A stretch of DNA of 28,733 nucleotides from Promethearchaeota archaeon (GTDB lineage: Archaea > Asgardarchaeota > Lokiarchaeia > Sigyniarchaeales > SOKP01): assembly GCA_011364925.1 (NCBI GenBank), contig RDOA01000047.1:1-28733 (forward strand), read 5' to 3'. The notes below the pieces were generated by a model, which was given only the letters and a program-made list of their open reading frames with translations, was not told where the DNA came from and ran no database searches. Position 1 is the first letter of the stretch. The number at the start of each line of letters is the position of its first letter. The translations under genes and the position numbers were made by a program. Below are positions 27,444 to 28,733 of the stretch, one piece after another.

Positions 27444-27965
27444 TTAAAATTTAGTTCCACAATAAGAGCAAAATACAGCGCTCTCTTTTGATTTCGCATT
27501 TCCGCATGTAGGACAATATTTCCCTCTTATTTCTCCCTCTTTTGATAGTTCCCCTGATCTTGTTACTTCAACATTTTTCATTTCCCCTGTAGAAGAAGAA
27601 AACTTACCTCTAAGAAGACCCGAAGCTTTCAAATCTAAGACAATTGCTTGGACATCTTTCACAGAAATTCCTGTATTTCGACTAATTTCTTCAATCGTCG
27701 CGGTAGGATGGTCCTCATATTCGTATAAAACAGTATTCCTCAAACTGGTTCTATTTCTCAAAGCCGCTATTTGTCCTATTAAAATAGATGCTCCAATTCC
27801 TATCCATATCCAACCCCACCACACTACTTCTGCTCCTTCCATCAAAGGTCTAATCAAAAGATCGTTTAATCCCCAAAATAGGAATAATGCGGCTATGATA
27901 AAAGTACAAATGCTTACTTTTTCCGTATATTGATTTTTTTGGTACTTCATTATTTTCACTATCAC
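27444..27965 (-). CDS. Membrane protein with 2 TM helices, winged-helix (PCI-like) domain and C-terminal zinc ribbon
   Basis: Two TM helices; ATIEEISRNTGISVKDVQAIVLDLKASGLLRGKF; CPTC...CSYCG. Alternative ATG at 27950. Confidence 0.75.
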   Translation of the reverse strand: MIVKIMKYQKNQYTEKVSICTFIIAALFLFWGLNDLLIRPLMEGAEVVWWGWIWIGIGASILIGQIAALRNRTSLRNTVLYEYEDHPTATIEEISRNTGISVKDVQAIVLDLKASGLLRGKFSSSTGEMKNVEVTRSGELSKEGEIRGKYCPTCGNAKSKESAVFCSYCGTKF

Positions 27966-28010
27966 ATAATTGATATTAAATTGATTACAAAATTGATATT
28001 GAAGGCTGAA

Positions 28011-28403
28011 TTAAGGAAAATTATATGTCACGTTAACTTTCACTTCTGGGATAAAGCTGTGCTTTATTGGACATAAATCACCATTCTTTTCTATGGCTTT
28101 TTTCCATTTTTCTTCATAATTCTTCGGCATATTAAACACTAAATTTATTTCTTCTACATGCTTAGGGCCCATTATGGTTTCCACATTTATTAAGGTATTT
28201 TTCATATCTATGTCATGTCTCATCGCAAAATTACCAATTGAAATAAGCATACATCCAGCAACTGAAGCGCCCAAGGCATCGCCTGGAGAGAATTCTTCTC
28301 CTTTCCCTGTGTATGGACAGTCCATTGCGATTTTATTATTGTTTTTCAACCTCACAGCATTGCAATGCTGCATATCATCATAAATAACTTCAACTTTTGC
28401 CAT
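28011..28403 (-). CDS. OsmC/Ohr family protein
   Basis: FSPGDALGASVAGCM and CPIKHS, the two conserved Cys motifs. Confidence 0.88.
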   Translation of the reverse strand: MAKVEVIYDDMQHCNAVRLKNNNKIAMDCPYTGKGEEFSPGDALGASVAGCMLISIGNFAMRHDIDMKNTLINVETIMGPKHVEEINLVFNMPKNYEEKWKKAIEKNGDLCPIKHSFIPEVKVNVTYNFP

Positions 28404-28499
28404 ATCTTATCACTAATACAATTATCAATCCATTTAATTTACCCACTAAATGAAATATTTAATGGTTTGTGTCAATCATTTACTCTTTTCATAACTTCT

Positions 28500-28733
28500 T
28501 TAATCCTTGGATTCAAGCCACCATTGACCAGTTAATCTACCCTTGTATCCTTCTTTATATTGTGGGTTTTTGCTTAATGAGAATTTTTCAAAAGTTCCCA
28601 AATGATCTTTAATCTGAGTCAATAATTCTTCCTTTGTAAGAGCTACATTAAATTCCTTTACTGCTATTTCAGCCCAAGCATCCTCCCGATATCTTCCGTG
28701 CTTAAAACCATAATCGATTGGAGCGTAACCTCC
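28500..28733 (-). CDS. C-terminal fragment of an unidentified protein (5'-partial at window edge)
   Basis: Open frame from 28733 to TAA at 28500-28502: GGYAPIDYGFKHGRYREDAWAEIAVKEF...GQWWLESKD*. Confidence 0.65.
   Translation of the reverse strand, partial: GGYAPIDYGFKHGRYREDAWAEIAVKEFNVALTKEELLTQIKDHLGTFEKFSLSKNPQYKEGYKGRLTGQWWLESKD

Noticed and set aside
343-28383. Alternative-frame or antisense ORFs in the track (343-708, 4275-4619, 5016-5492, 9273-9545, 12603-12800, 12952-13182, 14141-14356, 15777-16082, 17106-17321, 17337-17543, 26970-27185, 28174-28383)
   Set aside because: Each lies wholly inside a better-supported CDS and has no recognisable motifs, so they are treated as shadow ORFs.
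28473-28532. Possible frameshift near the end of the last partial CDS (an alternate frame reads LNPRIKEVMKRVND*)
   Set aside because: The main frame ends at a normal TAA and there is no homolog evidence to support a shift.

Overview
This AT-rich, densely coding 28.7-kb window is most likely archaeal, probably Asgard/Lokiarchaeia-like. That assignment is inferred from an AfJAMM-type protease fused to a UBC/UEV-like domain, a stand-alone longin-like protein, oligo-T gene ends and GGTG/GAGGT Shine-Dalgarno motifs. It holds about 28 CDS. Carbohydrate and central metabolism: a GH94-like phosphorylase (5'-partial), a GH2 beta-glucuronidase and an aconitase. Anaerobic acyl/acid metabolism: an SCP2-like protein with a 2-hydroxyacyl-CoA dehydratase/Bcr-type subunit pair, a BKACE with a 3-hydroxy-acid dehydrogenase, and two tandem CCG Fe-S oxidoreductase paralogs. 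Also present are a SAM methyltransferase, DUF6125, pyroglutamyl peptidase, TatD, flavodoxin, a DUF4097-like repeat protein and a YdjM-type hydrolase. A minus-strand run encodes OsmC, a TM-winged-helix-Zn-ribbon protein, a SufS-like PLP enzyme, a radical SAM-SPASM enzyme and an ICMT-family methyltransferase. I found no rRNA, tRNA, CRISPR array or mobile element. Two observations stand out. (1) The 661-aa SufS-like enzyme has a degenerate N-terminal copy carrying the dimer-partner motifs that its catalytic copy lacks, suggesting a single-chain pseudo-dimer, and it is tightly linked to the rSAM-SPASM and membrane methyltransferase genes. (2) The Cys-less UEV/BRE-like domain is fused to an intact JAMM isopeptidase. 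All calls come from motif recognition by eye; no searches were run.
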